A stretch of 40,308 nucleotides of DNA from a virus (lineage: Duplodnaviria; Heunggongvirae; Uroviricota; Caudoviricetes). The position numbers and the translations under genes were made by a program. The notes beneath the pieces are model-generated. The model was not told the DNA's origin. It saw nothing but the letters and a program-made list of their open reading frames with translations, and made no database searches. Position 1 is the first letter of the stretch, and every line of letters begins with the position of its first letter. Where the stretch lies: IMG/VR virus record IMGVR_UViG_2778261673_000007. One strand, 5' to 3'. Below are positions 35,906 to 40,308 of the stretch, in pieces.

Positions 35906-37795
35906 TTAATCGTATTTTGGCCATACTTTCAATGCAATTTCCCCCAACTTTTTACCTCGCTCCAGTATTTCACTCTCATCCCATTTATCCTTAAGTATAA
36001 GTGGTATGTTCAGTCGTAGATTGGTGTGGACGATGAGAGCATCACGTTTTTTCAGAAATACAGCATTCTGAACGGAACGGTTTACGCTAAGGTTAAGCAA
36101 AGTTAGATTTCCCAACGTAGCTATCGCTTGTTGCCGTTTCCTTACCAGTAGCTGTTCAGGGGTAAGATCGGTTCCAGACAGAACAATTTGGTTCATTACC
36201 GTAGCATCTGAATTTGTCACCATATGACCATTTTCGAGAGGCCAACAGGAATACCAACTTTGAGGCATAAGATGATCGATATCGAGATTAGAAAGATTTG
36301 GAACATCAGGCTTTTCTGTCTTCACTTGGCGACAAAGTTCTCTTTCAAGTTCCGTTAACATTGAGCGCATTTTCGGTGCGTCGAGCCTGCCAGGATAAAG
36401 TGGAGCATTGATGCAAGCGTTGAGAAATTCTGAGTCCCCAGGCCAACGTGAGGCTTCGCCATTTAAGCTATTGAGGATATTACGTAACTCAATACTGGAA
36501 ATTTCCGTTTTAGACAAGTGTCGCAATACATTCATAAATACATTGTTGTAATTCTTTGGCGTCAGGCCACATACGGATCTTCGTACTACGTAGGAGACAA
36601 GATCATTATACATGGCTGCTTTCTCATCATCGGCGATGTTAGCTATCGAAATGAACAAAGCAAGCGGATAGAGTGTCGTCACATCATAGGCTGCGATGCG
36701 ATGTCCAAAGTGTGAGATGGGGGTTGTGCCAAAACCACCAACCAATTCTTTATATTGTGATGCATATTGTTTGAGGCGCTTTACTTGCAGATCTGCTCGT
36801 TGTGAAGGCAAGTCCTTACTTACATAATCACGATACTCATTGTAAAGGCGAGACAGATCAATTTCACGCTGCCTTTCTGATTGCAATGTCGCATGTACAA
36901 GCCACTCCATGCGTGGTTTATTAATACGTCCACGGCGTTGCTTTTCCGACCAGTATTTATCTTCAAAGATCTTCCACTCATTTTCATATAATTCAATAGT
37001 ATTAATATTTTCATGCTCAGCGCACATAAAGATATAGTTGCGAATAAGATCCGTTGCATGAAGTTCCGCTCCTCGCCCATTTAATGTTTCAAAAATTATT
37101 TGGGCATCATCTTCAGCTTCGAGAAATATGCTTACCAGTTTCAGATCCGTCAAGACAGCCTCAATTAGTGCTACAGCATTTTCTTGTGGTGAGCGGTTTT
37201 CTATTTTAATCCATTTTATAAAGGCTTCAGTAAAAAACCATAATGCCTCTAGTGACGGCGGGTGGTTGAAATGTTTACGTAACGTACCATGTTGCGTGAA
37301 GCTATCAGAAAATACATTACGGAGATCGTCAATATTATCAACATTAAGACTTTGAATAAAATGAGTTTGATCTCGAAAAGTTGGCCACAGTTTGAAGCAT
37401 TCTACCTTTTTATTTCTCATCGTTGCTTCGTTTGTATTTTTCAAGCAAGTCAATACTAACCCTTCCAGTTCAGAAAGGCCTGTAGCACGCAATGATAATC
37501 GAATGGATGCCAGAATATATTGAAGAGTGGTTAAACGTTGCTGGCCGTCAATAATATGTATGGTATCTACACCTAACAAGCTGTTTTTGAGTTGAGGTTC
37601 CAGCACCACCGCGCCGAGGAAATGAGGGGTTGGTTTTGTTCCCGAAAGTCGGCTCTGTGCTTTTTCGAAGATATCCTCCAGCAAAGCTGACCATTGGTTT
37701 CGTTGCGTCCATACGTAGGCACGTTGATAGAATGGAACACGATATTGTCGTTGATTTTGGAAAATTTGCTGGATGGTTAGCGTTTCGGATTTCAT
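35906..37795 (-). CDS. GmrSD-family type IV (modification-dependent) restriction endonuclease: N-terminal DUF262, C-terminal DUF1524/HNH-like
   Basis: N-terminal VPFYQRAYVW and IIDGQQRLTTL motifs (DUF262 NTPase-like); C-terminal DIDHLMPQS and GNLTLLNLSVNRSVQNAVFLKKR motifs (DUF1524 nuclease); 629 aa; strongly AT-rich relative to flanking phage DNA. Confidence 0.8.
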   Translation of the reverse strand: MKSETLTIQQIFQNQRQYRVPFYQRAYVWTQRNQWSALLEDIFEKAQSRLSGTKPTPHFLGAVVLEPQLKNSLLGVDTIHIIDGQQRLTTLQYILASIRLSLRATGLSELEGLVLTCLKNTNEATMRNKKVECFKLWPTFRDQTHFIQSLNVDNIDDLRNVFSDSFTQHGTLRKHFNHPPSLEALWFFTEAFIKWIKIENRSPQENAVALIEAVLTDLKLVSIFLEAEDDAQIIFETLNGRGAELHATDLIRNYIFMCAEHENINTIELYENEWKIFEDKYWSEKQRRGRINKPRMEWLVHATLQSERQREIDLSRLYNEYRDYVSKDLPSQRADLQVKRLKQYASQYKELVGGFGTTPISHFGHRIAAYDVTTLYPLALFISIANIADDEKAAMYNDLVSYVVRRSVCGLTPKNYNNVFMNVLRHLSKTEISSIELRNILNSLNGEASRWPGDSEFLNACINAPLYPGRLDAPKMRSMLTELERELCRQVKTEKPDVPNLSNLDIDHLMPQSWYSCWPLENGHMVTNSDATVMNQIVLSGTDLTPEQLLVRKRQQAIATLGNLTLLNLSVNRSVQNAVFLKKRDALIVHTNLRLNIPLILKDKWDESEILERGKKLGEIALKVWPKYD

Positions 37796-38051
37796 TGTTT
37801 ACCTATAAATAACATTAAGTGACATTCTACAAGAGTAAGAAATTCATCTGAGTCAGAACAATCATTTTTATGTAGTTATGATACAGTGTATTTGTTACTG
37901 GTGAAGTAAAAATAAGAAACCCCGCTTTTGAATGCTGACGCGCTACGGTTTCATTGGATATTTTTTGTCTCTCCTCCATCCCGTTGGTGTTCTGTTTAGA
38001 CTGATAACTTGCTGTTTTAATTGATATTAGTTTCTTGCGCCGCCCAATCAT

Positions 38052-38077
38052 GGTTGGTGGGTTGGTGGGTTGGTGGG
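38052..38077. repeat. Tandem repeat (GGTTGGTG)x3
   Basis: Read directly, about 260 bp upstream of the GmrSD gene start. Confidence 0.5.
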
Positions 38078-38622
38078 AGTTAAATCCACATTGGTATGAA
38101 TAACATAGAATATGAATTAGTGTTTCAGAATTGCTTCAGCCATCACTTTTTAATACGTTCAATTTGAATGTTTATTTCCGAAACAATTTTTTCAGGTTTC
38201 AGTCCCTCGTTAGATTGCACAAAATCTCTAATTTGCATCATTCGATGTGCACAAATTTGTAATTCGCTATAAACACTTAGCTCGTCAGATTCATTTTGAG
38301 ATTGTTCACCTGTTTAAAATTCTACATAAGTATGTGGCGGATTGTGATAAACACGAGAAATCGGGGTTGGCCACCATTCCTCACCGGTCACTACGTCCGC
38401 ATCGAATAGTACAGTTTTGTCAATTTCCATTAATTTCTGGATAAGAACAGAAGTTTTCAAGCGAACCTCCATTTTGCCATAAAGTGGTTATCAAAACGCT
38501 ACGTAAACTATACAAAATCAGCGAGTTATGGTGAAGGTAAAAAAACAAGTTTAGATGTTCGTTAAGTATAAAATTGTTTTAATTCAATTGGATATAATAA
38601 TTTTCTAAATCTAATGCTGCGC

Positions 38623-38778
38623 CATATGGGTTGGACTGAAGCGGCTGACCTGATTGTTAAAGGTATGGAAGGCGCAATCAATGCCAAGACCGTAACTTAT
38701 GACTTCGAACGTCTGATGGAAGGCGCTAAGCTGCTGAAATGTTCAGAGTTTGGTGAAGCGATCATCGAAAACATGTAA
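38623..38778 (+). pseudogene. icd: Displaced 3' fragment of isocitrate dehydrogenase gene (last ~52 codons), marking the prophage-host junction
   Basis: Translation [51 protein letters not shown] matches the Icd C-terminus as recalled; homology begins abruptly after AT-rich sequence at about 38620; no upstream icd coding sequence present. Confidence 0.8.
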
Positions 38779-38800
38779 TCTCTCCATGTGTTAAATATTG

Positions 38801-38833
38801 AAACGGGCGTATAACACGCCCGTTGTTTTATTT
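38801..38833 (+). terminator. icd rho-independent terminator
   Basis: AAACGGGCGT-ataac-ACGCCCGTT followed by GTTTTATTT. Confidence 0.7.
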
Positions 38834-38880
38834 ATGTGGATATTATTAATAGCATATCGAGCATATTTATATGAAGCCCA

Positions 38881-39204
38881 TTACTTGAGCCCATATGGGC
38901 ATATTTTTATAATGCAACTATTATGTAAACATTTATTTGTTATTTTGCTTTCTCCTGGAGGACACTCTTGACTGCTTTTGAGTAAACTCCATAAATCCTT
39001 GTTGAATGGTGCGATGTGATAAATAGTAATAGGATATTCTTTATCCTTAAGGATAATACCAGACTTAACCGGTGTAAATATACTGCCAGGAGGGAGAAAT
39101 ATAGTAGATTGATACCAGATGATCATTTTCATATTACCCCATATGGCTGAAAAAGATATACCACATGTAGGTTGAATTACCGTGTCAATTACTATCCACT
39201 TCAT
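38881..39204 (-). CDS. iraM: IraM-like anti-adaptor protein (107 aa)
   Basis: 107-aa AT-rich ORF in the position downstream of icd/e14 where iraM lies in E. coli K-12; identification from recalled size and neighbourhood. Confidence 0.55.
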   Translation of the reverse strand: MKWIVIDTVIQPTCGISFSAIWGNMKMIIWYQSTIFLPPGSIFTPVKSGIILKDKEYPITIYHIAPFNKDLWSLLKSSQECPPGESKITNKCLHNSCIIKICPYGLK

Positions 39205-39664
39205 TTGTTATGTCTTATCCCACGGTATTTAATATGGTTCATTAGGATGTTTATTTCTTGATTTTGCATATGAGTATATTACCCCCCCCTCAAAAAAATA
39301 AATTAATTAAAATAATGGCTTATATAAAATAAAATTTAAAGCAAGGAATCTCAATGGATGTTAAACAAAATGAGATTTTGTGAAAGCAATAAATTATTGA
39401 CTTCGTTTTAGATTTGTTTAGCTATAATGTTATACATTCAAATGACTGAACATCCTGTAATTAAAACATAGCCTTTATGCTACTTTGTGCCAATTTGCTA
39501 AACATTATGGTTGCCTTTTTATATAACGATAATAATGAATATAAGCATGACATGAGAATAAGGTTTCAATTTTTGAGTTATATAGGAATGATTTAACCTG
39601 TTCCTGGCTAAAATACATATAACCGGATGATGACTAAACCAAAATACATGTGCGTTAAGTATTG

Positions 39665-39696
39665 AAACGGACGTGTGGCACGGCCGTTGTTTTTAT
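39665..39696 (+). terminator. Second, diverged copy of the icd terminator region (orphan)
   Basis: ATTGAAACGGACGTGTGGCACGGCCGTTGTTTTTAT is about 85 percent identical to the sequence at 38797-38833; no plus-strand gene upstream. Confidence 0.4.
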
Positions 39697-39903
39697 AAAT
39701 ATGTTAACCGTTATAAAATAACGTATCAAAAGTCAAGTGATCACATTTCAAATATCAAGTTGATAGTATTAGTCTGGTGATTATTTATGGGTGACAATAA
39801 AAAGACAGTATTAATCATCCATAGAGATAGTCTCTGCACTTTTATTTCCATTATGCTAATGCCTTACTGAATTATGAAGCATTTCTTAAGTATCCAACTT
39901 TAG

Positions 39904-40308
39904 CTAGATTAATGGTTTATTATTTTCTACATCTTCAATATATAAAAGCGTATTATCAATGGCGTAGTAACTGCGTTTGTTATGATTAACATCAGTAACC
40001 CACCGGAAAACGCCCGCGCCTGCCAGTGTTGAACAGTATTCCCGAAATGTAGATTTTCCGCAAATATGAAGCAATGCGGCCTCTTTTATTTTAGCAGGGT
40101 TCTTGGTCGTACTAACTTTTAACAGGTTCCTGGTTCCTCTTAATAACAAAACCGTATCATCGTGAGTAATAATTCTGATGTTATCCGTAGCCAGATAATA
40201 AATGTAATGTGCAATACGGTGATGTTTTAATTCTGAATAAAACCAGGAGAAGTTTTGCTCTTTTCTCACTTGCTCAAACATCTTTTGAAAAACAACGACC
40301 TGATCCAT
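39904..40308 (-). CDS. ycgX: YcgX-like DUF1398 protein (134 aa)
   Basis: 134-aa ORF with ATG at the window edge (40306-40308); size and position next to iraM match K-12 ycgX by recall. Confidence 0.55.
   Translation of the reverse strand: MDQVVVFQKMFEQVRKEQNFSWFYSELKHHRIAHYIYYLATDNIRIITHDDTVLLLRGTRNLLKVSTTKNPAKIKEAALLHICGKSTFREYCSTLAGAGVFRWVTDVNHNKRSYYAIDNTLLYIEDVENNKPLI

Noticed and set aside
38247-38444. 65-aa plus-strand ORF
   Set aside because: AT-rich intergenic DNA, His/Ile/Lys-rich low-complexity translation, no RBS.

Overview
The window is almost entirely one lambdoid prophage of the e14 type, integrated at the 3' end of icd in an Escherichia/Shigella-like genome, with host DNA (displaced icd 3' fragment, iraM-like and ycgX-like genes) at the right end. 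All calls are from reading the sequence and ORF translations; no database search was run. From left to right: an AT-rich two-gene cargo module (1-1336, minus strand) preceded by a near-consensus LexA box, then integrase/excisionase, a leftward early operon (HD hydrolase, YfdQ-like DUF2303 protein), the immunity region (CI-like repressor, Cro, GTACA-type operators), an O-like replication initiator with internal iterons, and a nin-like region (Dam methyltransferase, LexA DNA-binding-domain-only protein, RusA, KilA-N, DUF968, Q antiterminator). Late genes follow: lysis cassette (holin, endolysin, Rz/Rz1), HNH endonuclease, terminase, HK97-like head genes and a Mu-like contractile tail, ending in an invertible tail-fiber segment with a decayed pin-type invertase. 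Three further AT-rich cargo genes sit at classic moron positions, the clearest being a GmrSD-family type IV restriction enzyme at the right end where K-12 e14 carries pin-mcrA. The most promising candidate for an undescribed system is the int-proximal pair (298-aa cytoplasmic protein plus 154-aa four-helix membrane protein) under an apparent SOS operator.
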